Below, in pieces: positions 38,117 to 48,826 of a DNA stretch of 64,000 nt (position 1 is its first letter; each line of letters opens with the position of its first letter). Source of the DNA: an uncultured Burkholderiaceae bacterium. Lineage in GTDB: Bacteria; Pseudomonadota; Gammaproteobacteria; Burkholderiales; Burkholderiaceae. The notes beneath the pieces were generated by a model that saw only the letters and a program-made list of their open reading frames with translations, was not told the origin of the DNA and ran no database searches. The DNA lies in NCBI GenBank assembly GCA_937862905.1, contig CALMCL010000114.1, positions 5,821 through 69,820 on the forward strand. Direction: 5' to 3'. The translations under genes and the position numbers were made by a program.

Positions 38117-39553
38117 ATGCGTTTGAAAGCGGCGGCTCAAAAGTCTTTGTTTGGTCAAATCATGTTGTGGATGTTCATTCCATTGATGATTTTATGGCCG
38201 ATGTCTTTGCTCATCAGTTATCCAATTGGTCGCAGCATTGCAGATTCTCCTTTCGATCAAAGTTTGAAATTGAGCGTGAGCAATTTGGCGCAACAGATGC
38301 ACAGTTCATTCACGGAACGTGCGTTGTCCACTTGGGGCTTAAGTGTGCCCACGAGCGACATTCAGGATCAAGTCTATTATCAAATCATGACGGCTGGCGG
38401 CGAGGTGATTGCGGGCAATGTGAACATGCCGCAGCCACCATCGATCGATGGCATTGTGGTGAACCAGCCACAGGTGTACAACGGATCGATGTACCATGAG
38501 TCGGTGCGAATTGCGTATATGTGGGTGGATTTGGGTAATCAGGCGGTGCTGAATTCTCGTTTTCAGCCCAACAGTGTGGTGCTGATTCAGGTGGCGGAAA
38601 CTTTAAATAAGCGAGAGGCTTTGGCGCGCGAGATTTTACAAGGTGTGACCTTGCCGCAGCTGATCTTTTTGCCGATTGCGGTGTTGTTGATTTGGTTTGG
38701 TTTGACGCGTGGGATCATGCCGTTGAATCGATTGCAGGACAGTATTTTGCAGCGAGACACGCATGATTTGAGTGATGTGCCCTCTGCAGATGCGCCCGAA
38801 GAGCTGCAGCCGTTGGTGCGCAGTTTCAATGGGGTGTTGCATCGATTGCGTCGTCACATTGATTTACAAAAACGCTTTTTGACCGATACTGCCCATCAAA
38901 TTAAAACGCCTTTGGCGGGTTTGAGGACACAGGCGGAGTTGGCATTACGCACCAACAGCCCGGAGGAGCAACGCAGCAGCCTTGAGCACATCGCCGCCGC
39001 TTCTGAGCGCACGGCGCGCTTGGTGAATCAGTTGATTGCGTTGTCGCGCACAGAGCATTTGGCTGAAGAGCGTTTGGAGTTGGCTGAGGTGGATGTGGTT
39101 GCGATTGCGCGGGATCAGACGATTTTTGCTGCAGATCGGGCGTTACAAAATGGTTTGCACATTGAGCTGGATGTGCCTGATGCCAAAATCATGGTCAAAG
39201 CCCATGCGGTGATGTTGGGTGAGCTGATGAAGAACCTCATCGACAATGCGATTTTTTATACGGGCACGTCGGTGACTGTTCGGGTGACTGCTGATGCGGA
39301 TTATGCGCATTTTTATGTGTTGGATGATGGTCCTGGGATCGCGCCCGATGAGCGAGAGCAGGTGTTTGAACCTTTTTATAGCGTGTTGGGCGAGCAGGGC
39401 AATGGCAGTGGTTTGGGTTTGGCGATTGTTCGTCAAATTGCAGTCATGCATGGTGCGGACATTGGAATCAATTACAATACCGAGCTGCCGATGGGTGGGT
39501 CGCATGGTTGTCAATTTCACGTGAAGCTTCTGCGTATTCATGAAGTTGAGTGA
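38117..39553 (+). CDS. Sensor histidine kinase (TctE-like, 2CSK_N-type sensor)
   Basis: Two TM segments, H-box TAHQIKTPL, N-box NLIDNAI.Y, DDGPGI, GSGLGLAIV. Confidence 0.92.
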   Translation: MRLKAAAQKSLFGQIMLWMFIPLMILWPMSLLISYPIGRSIADSPFDQSLKLSVSNLAQQMHSSFTERALSTWGLSVPTSDIQDQVYYQIMTAGGEVIAGNVNMPQPPSIDGIVVNQPQVYNGSMYHESVRIAYMWVDLGNQAVLNSRFQPNSVVLIQVAETLNKREALAREILQGVTLPQLIFLPIAVLLIWFGLTRGIMPLNRLQDSILQRDTHDLSDVPSADAPEELQPLVRSFNGVLHRLRRHIDLQKRFLTDTAHQIKTPLAGLRTQAELALRTNSPEEQRSSLEHIAAASERTARLVNQLIALSRTEHLAEERLELAEVDVVAIARDQTIFAADRALQNGLHIELDVPDAKIMVKAHAVMLGELMKNLIDNAIFYTGTSVTVRVTADADYAHFYVLDDGPGIAPDEREQVFEPFYSVLGEQGNGSGLGLAIVRQIAVMHGADIGINYNTELPMGGSHGCQFHVKLLRIHEVE

Positions 39554-39603
39554 TTTTTTTACGAAACTTTCCAAGCCTGAGCTGTTTTGATAACGGTTGG
39601 CAT

Positions 39604-39645
39604 TCAATGCTTCTCAATGATGAGGAATGCCTCTCAATGAGGAGG
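39604..39645. repeat. Tandem 20-bp repeat with a 10-bp-phased (TC)AATG core
   Basis: AATGCTTCTCAATGATGAGG followed by AATGCCTCTCAATGAGGAGG (18/20 identical); AATG at 39606, 39616, 39626 and 39636. Confidence 0.8.
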
Positions 39646-39872
39646 CGCGTGCGTAGGACGTTCATGCGAAAGGGTTGGGCTTTTCAGGTGAATGGGTTGA
39701 AGTGGGGGGAGATGGGGTGAGGTCTTTGTATGGGACTCTTCTTTTTCTTCTTTTTTGTTTTGTGTTTTAATTTTTGTCAGGGTCGCCTTGGCAAAATTTC
39801 TAATTTAAGTTAAGCATGTGAAAAGTGGGCTGTACTTTTCCGTATTTTTTAATGATGCATCAGGAGACACAC

Positions 39873-41522
39873 ATGGCGGCAAACCCACGCACTCGACGGA
39901 TGTCGGGTGAAGAAATTAAAGTGGTATTTGCTTCTTCGTTGGGCACCGTGTTTGAGTGGTATAACTTTTACCTGTACGGTTCGTTGGCGGAAATTATTTC
40001 CAAGCAGTTTTTCTCAGGTGTGAGCGACACCGCTGCTTTCATCATTGCACTCATGGCTTTTGCTGTGGGTTTTGCTGTGCGGCCGTTTGGTGCTGTCTTC
40101 TTTGGTCGCATGGGCGATGTTGTCGGGCGCAAACACACTTTTCTCATCACCATCATGATCATGGGTTTATCAACATTTATTGTTGGTTTATTACCGACGT
40201 ATGCGTCGATAGGCATTGCTGCGCCGATGATTTTGGTGGCTTTGCGTTTGTTGCAAGGTTTGGCCATGGGGGGTGAGTATGGTGGGGCGGCGACTTATGT
40301 GGCGGAGTATGCACCACAAGGACGGCGTGGTTTGTATACCGCATGGATTCAAACCACGGCGTCGTTGGGGCTGTTGCTGTCATTGCTGGTGATTTTTGCG
40401 GTGCGTCATTGGGTGGGTGAAGCTGCTTTTGTGGTGTGGGGTTGGCGCTTGCCTTTTATGATGTCGGTTTTTTTGCTTGGTATTTCAGTTTGGATTCGCA
40501 TGCAGTTGAGCGAATCACCCATTTTTATGCAAATGAAGGAGGCGGGGAAATCATCGAAAGCCCCTTTCAAAGAGTCGTTTCGTGAATGGAAAAATCTTAA
40601 GTTGGTGCTTATCGCTTTGTTTGGACTGACGGCTGGGCAGGCTGTGGTGTGGTATACAGGACAGTTTTATGCTTTGTTTTTTTTGACGCAAAATTTAAAA
40701 GTGGATAATGTCACGGCGAATTTTTTGGTGGGTTTGAGTTTGATTTTGGCAACGCCTTTCTTTGTGTTCTTTGGGACATTGTCCGATCGAATTGGGAGAA
40801 AGCCGATCATCATGGCGGGATTTTTATTGGCGGCTTTGATGTACATGCCTTTGTTCAAAATGTTGACGCATTATGCCAATCCTGCGCTTGAACGGGCTTT
40901 GCGGGAGTCGCCTGTGGTGGTGATGGCAGACCCTGACAATTGCACTTTTCAATTCAATCCGATCGGCACAAAAAAATTCACAAACTCATGTGACATTGCT
41001 AAAAATTACCTGTCCAAAATGGGGGTGAACTACACCAATGAAGTGATGCCCAGAGGGGCAATTGCCAGCATTCGCATCGGTGACCGTGTGATCACGGCAT
41101 ACGATGGTAAGGATGTGATGGATTTGCGAGAGCGCAGTTTGGCTTTTAACCGTGTGGTCAGCGAATCCTTGCAAGCCGCAGGTTATCCCGCGCGCGCCAA
41201 TCCGTATGAGATCAATCAGTTCATGTTGGTGGTGATTTTGTTTGTGCTGGTGTTGTTGGTGACGATGGTGTACGGGCCCATTGCTGCGATGTTGGTGGAA
41301 ATGTTCCCAACGCGCATCCGCTACACCTCAATGTCTTTGCCTTACCACATTGGCAATGGCTGGTTTGGTGGGTTTTTACCGACCATTGCTTTTGCCATGG
41401 TGGCGGCGCGCGGTGATATTTATCAGGGCTTGTGGTATCCGATTGGGATTGCCTTGGTTACTTTTGCGGTGGGGATGGTGTTTGTCAAAGAAACCAAAGA
41501 TGTTGACTTGGCTGCGGACTGA
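39873..41522 (+). CDS. MFS metabolite:H+ symporter (MHS family)
   Basis: SSLGTVFEWYNFYLYG, RPFGA.FFG..GD..GRK, GGEYGGAATYVAE, TRIRYTSMSLPYHIGNGWFGG; RBS CAGGAG. Confidence 0.92.
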   Translation: MAANPRTRRMSGEEIKVVFASSLGTVFEWYNFYLYGSLAEIISKQFFSGVSDTAAFIIALMAFAVGFAVRPFGAVFFGRMGDVVGRKHTFLITIMIMGLSTFIVGLLPTYASIGIAAPMILVALRLLQGLAMGGEYGGAATYVAEYAPQGRRGLYTAWIQTTASLGLLLSLLVIFAVRHWVGEAAFVVWGWRLPFMMSVFLLGISVWIRMQLSESPIFMQMKEAGKSSKAPFKESFREWKNLKLVLIALFGLTAGQAVVWYTGQFYALFFLTQNLKVDNVTANFLVGLSLILATPFFVFFGTLSDRIGRKPIIMAGFLLAALMYMPLFKMLTHYANPALERALRESPVVVMADPDNCTFQFNPIGTKKFTNSCDIAKNYLSKMGVNYTNEVMPRGAIASIRIGDRVITAYDGKDVMDLRERSLAFNRVVSESLQAAGYPARANPYEINQFMLVVILFVLVLLVTMVYGPIAAMLVEMFPTRIRYTSMSLPYHIGNGWFGGFLPTIAFAMVAARGDIYQGLWYPIGIALVTFAVGMVFVKETKDVDLAAD

Positions 41523-41669
41523 GTGCCCATAACAACCATTTTGACATTTGACCAGACCATTCGGCCTTACATACCGTTACAAGGGATGCGGGTTTTTTGA
41601 TGGCTTTTTTGGCATAATGTGAGCTTACTCCTGAACCAACAGGATTTCTTATTTTGAGAGAAGGCAAAC

Positions 41670-42500
41670 ATGGATTTTATTTTGGCATTCAAAGCCGCCA
41701 TCCTCGGCGTTGTGGAAGGCTTAACCGAGTTTTTACCGATTTCCAGCACGGGGCATTTGATTTTGACCCAATCGATATTGGGTTTGAAAGGTGAGTTTTG
41801 GGATGCATTTGAAGTGGCGATTCAATTTGGTGCGATCATTGCCGTCATGTGGGAGTTTCGTGAACGCATTGGCACCGTGCTCAGCGGCATGTTCAAAGGT
41901 CAACCAATGGCATGGCGTTTCGCCATTAATGTGATCGTCGCGACCATTCCCGCCATTGTTTTGGCGCTTGCCTTTGGCAAAACCATCAAAGCGCATTTAT
42001 TCAACCCAATTGCCGTGGCCACGGCTTTGGTTGTGGGTGGTTTTGTCATTTTATGGGCTGAACGTCGTCAAGCGGATCATCGGCCACGCATCAATTCATT
42101 GGATGATTTGTCCATCGTTGATGCTTTGAAGATTGGTGTGGCTCAAACAGCAGCTGTGCTTTTTCCCGGCACATCGCGCTCAGGTGCAACCATCATCGGC
42201 GGCATGTTTTTTGGTGTGAGTCGCCAAGTGGCCACGCATTTCTCATTCTTTTTGGCGATGCCGATTTTATTTGGTGCTTCAGCCAAAGAGCTCATGGATG
42301 TGCGTCATTTGCTGAATGGTCAAAATTTGACTTTGTTTGCCATTGGCTTTGTCTTTTCATTCATCAGCGCGTTCATCTGTGTGCGCTGGTTGTTGCGTTT
42401 TGTCAGCAATCATAACTTTGTTGGATTTGCGTGGTATCGCATCATTTTTGGTGGCTTGATTCTGATCTCTTGGGTAGCGGGTTGGGTGCAGTGGAATTAA
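41670..42500 (+). CDS. uppP: Undecaprenyl-diphosphate phosphatase
   Basis: [44 protein letters not shown]. Confidence 0.96.
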   Translation: MDFILAFKAAILGVVEGLTEFLPISSTGHLILTQSILGLKGEFWDAFEVAIQFGAIIAVMWEFRERIGTVLSGMFKGQPMAWRFAINVIVATIPAIVLALAFGKTIKAHLFNPIAVATALVVGGFVILWAERRQADHRPRINSLDDLSIVDALKIGVAQTAAVLFPGTSRSGATIIGGMFFGVSRQVATHFSFFLAMPILFGASAKELMDVRHLLNGQNLTLFAIGFVFSFISAFICVRWLLRFVSNHNFVGFAWYRIIFGGLILISWVAGWVQWN

Positions 42501-42611
42501 GGGCCGATTGAATCCTAAACAATCTCGGTCTTTGACTGAAGATAAGGACTTGTCACTGCGGTCGCACGGCCATTTAGAAAAACGCATCAGTCCGCAAATT
42601 AAACCGTTAGA

Positions 42612-43103
42612 TTGTTCATGAATTTTATTGCAAAAAAGCGGCGCAATCCTTTGCACTGGATTGCTTGTTTTGAGGCTGCAAAAGGTATTGTCATTGTATT
42701 GGCGGGCTTTGGACTGCTGTCCTTGCTGCACCGCGATGTTCAAGCGATTGTGCATGACTTGATTGATGCGTTGAACATCAGCCCAACCCATCATTTGGTT
42801 GATGTGTTTTTAAAACTGGTTGACCATTTGGATGACCGTAAACTGTGGCAATTCGCAGGCATTGCTTTCATATATGCCAGTGTAAGGCTGATTGAAGCGT
42901 ATGGTTTATGGCATGATCGAAAATGGGCGGAGTGGTTTGCAGCTTTGAGTGGCGCCATTTATTTGCCGATTGAAGTGTATGAGTTGAGCGTGCATTTTTC
43001 GATGGTCAAATTATTGGTTTTTATGTTTAATGTGTTGATCGTCGCTTATTTGTCTTACAATTTATGGTTCAAATCGATAATTTCACGGCATCAGTGCAAA
43101 TGA
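42612..43103 (+). CDS. DUF2127 family membrane protein
   Basis: IA.FEAAKG, YA.VRLIEAYGLW..R.WAEWF, YLP.EVYEL. Confidence 0.85.
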   Translation: MFMNFIAKKRRNPLHWIACFEAAKGIVIVLAGFGLLSLLHRDVQAIVHDLIDALNISPTHHLVDVFLKLVDHLDDRKLWQFAGIAFIYASVRLIEAYGLWHDRKWAEWFAALSGAIYLPIEVYELSVHFSMVKLLVFMFNVLIVAYLSYNLWFKSIISRHQCK

Positions 43104-43202
43104 ATTGCATGTTTTTTGTCAGACATATGGGCTCATCCTTTTGCATGGGCACTGCGCAGAGATCGTGGCAGTAATATAAATACGGGTACTGGAATACAAA
43201 CG

Positions 43203-43583
43203 ATGAAGAAAATTATATTGGCGGCCTCTGCGATCGCACTCATTGCCATCGCCATTGGTGTTAAATCATTGAGCGGCTCGGATGTCAAAGACAGCATGCA
43301 AACCATGAAGAAAAGCTATGCTGCAGCCATGAGCAGCACGGACATGAAAGAGTTCAGTCAATATGCCACATTGTTGCAAACGGCCGCACACGAAGCCAGT
43401 CAGCAGGATTATGATGGCAGCAAACCCAATGAGATCATTTACCGAGCGGGGATGCTTGAGTTGAACCAAGAAATGACTGAACTCAACCAAGCCGTTGCCG
43501 CCAATGATTTGCCAAAAGCCAAATCCATTCTCGCCAAGGTCAATGACAGTAAGAAAAAATACCACACGGCTTTGGGTGAGTGA
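43203..43583 (+). CDS. Cytochrome b562-like four-helix bundle with N-terminal signal/anchor
   Basis: DVKDSMQTM (Met ligand position), YRAGM, C-terminal KKKYH (His ligand position), matching the b562 pattern DLEDNM...FRHGF...RNAYH. Confidence 0.7.
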   Translation: MKKIILAASAIALIAIAIGVKSLSGSDVKDSMQTMKKSYAAAMSSTDMKEFSQYATLLQTAAHEASQQDYDGSKPNEIIYRAGMLELNQEMTELNQAVAANDLPKAKSILAKVNDSKKKYHTALGE

Positions 43584-43759
43584 ACATCAAAAAAGTGAAT
43601 GGATTGTTGTCGAACGGGGGCATAAAAGTGCGTCAAAGACCCGCTCGGATGTGGGGGCTGTGTTGTTTGCGGTCTTGTGTAAACTTGTAAAGTAAAATCG
43701 TGCGCGCAACGAAACTGTTGTATATTGTGCGTGATTCACCACACCATAAGGAGACACCC

Positions 43760-44179
43760 ATGATTTCAACACGCATTCAAACATTTAAAAAGTCGATCAC
43801 TGTGGGACTGAGCATGATTGCTTTGGGTCTGACGGCTTGCACGACACCCACTTACACCAACACCCCTGCTGTCAGCATCAAAACTTCCATGCAAAACATG
43901 GGCTTGGCATTTAAAGCGGCGATGGAAAGCACCACAATGGCGCAGTTCAATACGCAGGCAGCGCTGTTTCAATACAACCTCATGAATGCGAACAACAGCA
44001 CCTATAACGGCACATTGGAAGAGCAGGCCTTGTACCGTCAAGGCATGATGGAAATGAAAATTGGCCTCGCAGAGCTCAATGCCGCGATTGTGAAAAATGA
44101 TTTGGCTCGTTCAAAAGCAGCTTTGAGCAGTTTGCTGGTGATTCGCGGTAAATATCATCCATTACTGAAAAAATCGTAA
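43760..44179 (+). CDS. Cytochrome b562-like lipoprotein
   Basis: RBS TAAGGAG; lipobox LTAC; SIKTSMQNM, YRQGM, IRGKYH. Confidence 0.7.
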   Translation: MISTRIQTFKKSITVGLSMIALGLTACTTPTYTNTPAVSIKTSMQNMGLAFKAAMESTTMAQFNTQAALFQYNLMNANNSTYNGTLEEQALYRQGMMEMKIGLAELNAAIVKNDLARSKAALSSLLVIRGKYHPLLKKS

Positions 44180-44276
44180 ATATAAAGTGGGCGCTTGTTT
44201 GAGCCTTCTTTTGTTTGCACCATTGCTTGAAAAGGCAAAAGCTTAAAAAGGCAAAACGAAGTTGAATGTGATTGTT

Positions 44277-44320
44277 CCATAAAAAAATCGCTTGATTTAA
44301 ATCAAGCGATTTTTTTATGG
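44277..44320. terminator. Bidirectional terminator (44-bp perfect palindrome) between the b562 pair and gdhA
   Basis: CCATAAAAAAATCGCTTGATTT|AAATCAAGCGATTTTTTTATGG. Confidence 0.8.
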
Positions 44321-44378
44321 TGGTTATAGGTTGAAAGCATGTGATTGAAAATGTTTTTCAAATCACATGGGCTTTCTT

Positions 44379-45722
44379 TTAGTACACGCCTTGTGCAATC
44401 ATCGCCTCAGCAACTTTCACGAAACCAGCAATGTTTGCACCATCCACATAATTGACCGAACCATCGGCTTGCGTGCCATATTTCACGCAGTTTTGATGGA
44501 TGTCCTTCATGATCGCGTGCAATTTGGCATCAACTTCTTCGCGTGTCCAAGACAAACGGATCGCGTTTTGGCTCATCTCCAGACCCGAGGTTGCGACACC
44601 ACCTGCATTGGAGGCTTTACCTGGTGCGAACATGATGCCCGCGTGCAAGAACGCTTCAACCGCTTCCAATGTCGACGGCATGTTGGCACCTTCAGACACA
44701 CAGATGATGCCATTGGCGAGCAAGGCTTTCGCATCGTTTTCATCCAACTCATTTTGTGTCGCGCAGGGCAGAGCCAAGTCAGCTTTGATGTGCCATGGGC
44801 GTTGACCAGCTTCAAAAGCATGGCCATTGTCGGCTGCAAAAGCCGACAAGCGACCGCGTTGTACGTTTTTCAATTCCATGATGGCGGCCAATTTTGCGGC
44901 ATCAATGCCTTCTGGAATGTGGATCGTGCCTTCAGAGTCTGATAATGTGATGACTTTTGCGCCCAATTGGGTGGCTTTTTCACACGCATATTGCGCCACG
45001 TTGCCAGAGCCTGAAATCAACACGGTTTTACCTGTCAAAGAGTCGCCTTTGTGCGCCAACATTTCTTGAGCGAAATACACTGTGCCGTAGCCCGTTGCTT
45101 CTGGGCGCACCAATGAGCCGCCGAAAGTGATGCCTTTGCCCGTAAACACGCAGCCCGTGTCATTGGAGTATTTTTTCATGTAACCGGTCATGAAGCCGAC
45201 CTCACGTGCACCCACGCCGATGTCGCCCGCTGGTACATCCGTGTTTGGCCCAATGTGACGGTACAATTCACCCATCAATGCTTGGCAAAAACGCATGACT
45301 TCACCGTCTGACTTGCCTTTAGGATCAAAATCAGAGCCACCTTTGCCGCCGCCCATGGGCAGGGTGGTGAGTGAGTTTTTGAAGGTTTGTTCAAATGCCA
45401 AAAACTTCAAAATCGACAAGTTGACTGAAGGGTGAAAGCGCATGCCACCTTTGTAAGGGCCGATGGCGTTGTTGTGTTGGATGCGGAAAGCGCGGTTCAC
45501 TTGCGTGTTGCCTGCATCGTCGACCCAGCTCACACGGAATTGAATCACACGTTCGGGCTCAACCAAGCGTTCTAGTACCGCATAGCTTGCGTATTTTGGA
45601 TTTTTTTCAATAAACGGCCACAAGCTGGTCATGACTTCTTTAACCGCTTGCAAAAATTCAGGTTGATTGGGGTCGCGACGGGCAACGTAAGCTAAAAAAT
45701 CTTCTAAAGACGCATAAGCCAT
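44379..45722 (-). CDS. gdhA: NADP-specific glutamate dehydrogenase
   Basis: GPYKGGMRFHPSVN, GGGKGGSDFDPKGK, DVPAGDIGVG, RPEATGYG, SGSGNVA, KASNAGGVATSGLEMSQN. Confidence 0.97.
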   Translation of the reverse strand: MAYASLEDFLAYVARRDPNQPEFLQAVKEVMTSLWPFIEKNPKYASYAVLERLVEPERVIQFRVSWVDDAGNTQVNRAFRIQHNNAIGPYKGGMRFHPSVNLSILKFLAFEQTFKNSLTTLPMGGGKGGSDFDPKGKSDGEVMRFCQALMGELYRHIGPNTDVPAGDIGVGAREVGFMTGYMKKYSNDTGCVFTGKGITFGGSLVRPEATGYGTVYFAQEMLAHKGDSLTGKTVLISGSGNVAQYACEKATQLGAKVITLSDSEGTIHIPEGIDAAKLAAIMELKNVQRGRLSAFAADNGHAFEAGQRPWHIKADLALPCATQNELDENDAKALLANGIICVSEGANMPSTLEAVEAFLHAGIMFAPGKASNAGGVATSGLEMSQNAIRLSWTREEVDAKLHAIMKDIHQNCVKYGTQADGSVNYVDGANIAGFVKVAEAMIAQGVY

Positions 45723-46139
45723 ATGGAAATCCTTCTTTTCTCGTGTGTTGGTTGTTTATTGTGTCACTGATTAAGTGATCGTAAAATTTTGAATCTGCAT
45801 CATTCTAACCTGTTTAAATGGATAAAACAAATGATAAAGCCGTGTATTTATGAGCTTTTTTGGGGTTTTGTCATGGTGCGGTGCAATGTAATTGATTTGT
45901 TTTTTGTTTTTATGCTGTCACTATTTTATGGCGTTTTCATGTCTGATTACCACTCTTGATTGCTCATTTCAAAGGCATTGGGGGCTTAAAAAACATTAAA
46001 GCTTAAAAAGGGCGATAAAAAACGGCTTGTGAAAGCCGTTTTGATTGGATTGAGGGGGAAGGATGCGAGAAGTACGGGGTGCATCTGTTTTTATCTTTTC
46101 ATGTTGCCCGTATCTGCGCGGCCTTAACGGCGTCTTTTC

Positions 46140-46814
46140 TTAATATTCGGTGACTTTTACACCATTTTCGGTGGCAATCAAGGCGATGTCGGCTGCGTTT
46201 TGTGCAAAAATACCAACCGTCAATACACCTGGAATGATCGACAGCTGAATTTCCAAAGCCAAGGGTTCCGCAATGTTCAGGCCATGTACGTCTAAAATAT
46301 GACAACCATTGTCGGTGATCAGTGGCGAGCCGTCGGCATTTTTGCGCCAAACAGGTTGGCCGCCTAAATCACTCAATTGGCGGGCAACGGCTTGGCGCGC
46401 GAGCGGCACGACCTCGACAGGCAGGGGGAATTTGCCCAAGACGTTGACTTCTTTACTGGCGTCGGCGATGCAAATGAATTGTTCTGCGATGGATGCGCAG
46501 ATTTTCTCGCGTGTGTGCGCGGCGCCGCCGCCTTTGATCATGTTGCCTTCAGGGTCAATTTCATCTGCGCCGTCAATATAAACGGGGACGGATTCAACTT
46601 CATTGACATCGAATACTTTGATGCCGTGCGCTTCGAGGCGTTGCTTGGTGCGTTCCGAGCTGGCAATCGCGCCGATGATGTTGTCCTTGATGAGGGCGAG
46701 TTCATCGATGAACAAGTCGGCAGTCGAGCCTGTGCCCACGCCAATGATGGTGTTCAGCGGTACGTATTCAATGGCTTTTTGCGCGACAAGGCGTTTGAGG
46801 TCGTTTTGGTTCAT
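46140..46814 (-). CDS. rpiA: Ribose-5-phosphate isomerase A
   Basis: [31 protein letters not shown]. Confidence 0.97.
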   Translation of the reverse strand: MNQNDLKRLVAQKAIEYVPLNTIIGVGTGSTADLFIDELALIKDNIIGAIASSERTKQRLEAHGIKVFDVNEVESVPVYIDGADEIDPEGNMIKGGGAAHTREKICASIAEQFICIADASKEVNVLGKFPLPVEVVPLARQAVARQLSDLGGQPVWRKNADGSPLITDNGCHILDVHGLNIAEPLALEIQLSIIPGVLTVGIFAQNAADIALIATENGVKVTEY

Positions 46815-46906
46815 GGAAATTCCAAGTTAAAGTTAAAAGAGTGAGGGTTAAAAGAGCGAGTTTGTTTTTCTAGTCAAATCATGTTGTCGTGAGTGAGTCG
46901 ATTGAT

Positions 46907-48826
46907 TTATTGGCCTCGCATAAACAGCCCATCGAGCTGCTTCATCGACATGTGCACCCAAGTGGGGCGGCCGTGATTGCATTGGTTGGCGCGTTCTGTG
47001 GCCTCCATGTCGCGTAGGAGTTGGTTCATTTCGGGTAAGGTCAGGCTGCGATTGGCGCGCACAGCGCCGTGGCAAGCGAGCGTGCCGAGCAACTCGTTGC
47101 GCTTTTCGGTGAGGACGTGGCTGGCACCAAACTCAGCGATGTCGGTCAATACGGCGCGCGCCAATTCGATGGCATCGGCTTGTTTGAGCAGTGCAGGGAC
47201 GCTGCGGATGGCGATTTCATTGTGTCCGAGTGGGGTCAATGACAGGCCGATGTGCTCTAAAACGGGTGCGCATTCAGGCTCGTGTAGCGTGGCGATTTCG
47301 CGCGGTGAGGCGGCGAAGCGAATGGGTAACAATAGGTCTTGACGCGTCAGCGGTGCGTGGTCGATCATGTTTTTGAGGCGTTCATACACAATGCGTTCGT
47401 GGGCGGCGTGCATGTCGACCAAAATCAAGCCGTGTTTGTTTTGTGCGAGCACATAAACCCCGTGGACTTGGGCGATGGCGAAACCAAGGGGAAACTCTTC
47501 TTGGGTGCGCCCTGAATCATGAGACGCAACGGATGCTGCATCATTGCTGGTCTGGCGCATGCCGAACATTCCAAAGTGATCTGCTGTCGAGTGCGTTTCA
47601 GATGAGTCAAATCGTTCGGGTTGGGCCGGTGAGCGCAGCAACTCAAGGTAGCTGCGCGTGGTTTGAGCCAATTGCAAAGGGTGTTGATAGGGGGCGTTGT
47701 CAGGTGTTGTCTTTAATGCGATATGTGTTGTTTGAGCGTTCGCATGCGGGAAGTCGGTAGGGGTTGAGCTGAACACATCGTCTTCGACATTCAAATCATT
47801 GCCTGTTGTGACGCGTGAGCTGGCCGTTTGTGCCAAAGATTTTTTGAGGGCGTTGGCGATGAATTGATGCATTGCACCGCTGTCGCGAAAGCGAACTTCG
47901 GTTTTGGCGGGGTGAACGTTGACATCCACCCCTTGTGCGGGGCAGTCAAGGAACAGCACGTAAGCAGGGAAGCGTGCGTGGTGCAAAACGTCTGCATAGG
48001 CGGTGCGAATGGCGTGATTGACCACTTTGTCGCGCACGAAACGTTGATTGATGTAAGCGTATTGTGTGTCGGCACGAGCACGGGCAACGTCAGGTGGGCA
48101 AATCATGCCGATCAACTGCAATTCACCCACCGATTGATTGATCCAAATCGCGTGTTCTGGCAGGTTTTTGCCGAGCACGTCTTGGATGCGCGTTTGCCAA
48201 TCGGCCACAGGGTAGAGGGCGGAGGGTTTATCGTTGTGGCTGAGGCTGAAGGCACAGTGGGGATTGGCCAAAGCGGCGCGAGTGAAATGTTCAACGCAAT
48301 GGCTCAATTCGGTGCCATCGGTTTTGAGAAATTTGCGTCGCGCGGGGGTGTTGTAATATAAATGTGAAACCTCAATGCGAGTACCCACTTCGCCAGCCGC
48401 CGCCTGATGTTGCCATGTGCCGCTGCTGTTGTCGATGGATGTGGCGTGGCTCGCATCGTCATTACGACTGGTCAAGCGCATTTGGGCCACAGAGGCTATA
48501 GAAGCCAATGCTTCACCACGAAAACCCATTGACTCGACGTGTTCCAGCTCATCAAGCGAGCGGATTTTGCTGGTTGCGTGACGCGTGACCGCCAGAGGCA
48601 ATTGATCCGCGGCAATGCCACAACCGTTGTCTGTGATGTCGATCAGGGTTTTGCCACCTTCCATCAAGCGCAAGCGAATATCGGTCGCACCCGCATCCAA
48701 AGCATTTTCCAACAGTTCCTTAACCACCGATGCAGGGCGTTCCACCACTTCACCTGCGGCAATTTGGCTGATGAGGTGATCGGGCAGTTCGAGGATGGCA
48801 CGTTGCGGGGCGAGGCGGATTTTCAT
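46907..48826 (-). CDS. mutL: DNA mismatch repair endonuclease MutL
   Basis: QIAAGEVVERPASVVKELLEN, HATSKI, GFRGEALASI, DMHAAHERIVYE, ACHGAVRAN, CNHGRPT. Confidence 0.98.
   Translation of the reverse strand: MKIRLAPQRAILELPDHLISQIAAGEVVERPASVVKELLENALDAGATDIRLRLMEGGKTLIDITDNGCGIAADQLPLAVTRHATSKIRSLDELEHVESMGFRGEALASIASVAQMRLTSRNDDASHATSIDNSSGTWQHQAAAGEVGTRIEVSHLYYNTPARRKFLKTDGTELSHCVEHFTRAALANPHCAFSLSHNDKPSALYPVADWQTRIQDVLGKNLPEHAIWINQSVGELQLIGMICPPDVARARADTQYAYINQRFVRDKVVNHAIRTAYADVLHHARFPAYVLFLDCPAQGVDVNVHPAKTEVRFRDSGAMHQFIANALKKSLAQTASSRVTTGNDLNVEDDVFSSTPTDFPHANAQTTHIALKTTPDNAPYQHPLQLAQTTRSYLELLRSPAQPERFDSSETHSTADHFGMFGMRQTSNDAASVASHDSGRTQEEFPLGFAIAQVHGVYVLAQNKHGLILVDMHAAHERIVYERLKNMIDHAPLTRQDLLLPIRFAASPREIATLHEPECAPVLEHIGLSLTPLGHNEIAIRSVPALLKQADAIELARAVLTDIAEFGASHVLTEKRNELLGTLACHGAVRANRSLTLPEMNQLLRDMEATERANQCNHGRPTWVHMSMKQLDGLFMRGQ

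Noticed and set aside
46140-48826. mutL followed by rpiA instead of miaA, and the RR-HK-MFS trio lacking an adjacent recA
   Set aside because: Simple gene-order shuffling with no scar or new element visible; it cannot be evaluated without the rest of the genome.
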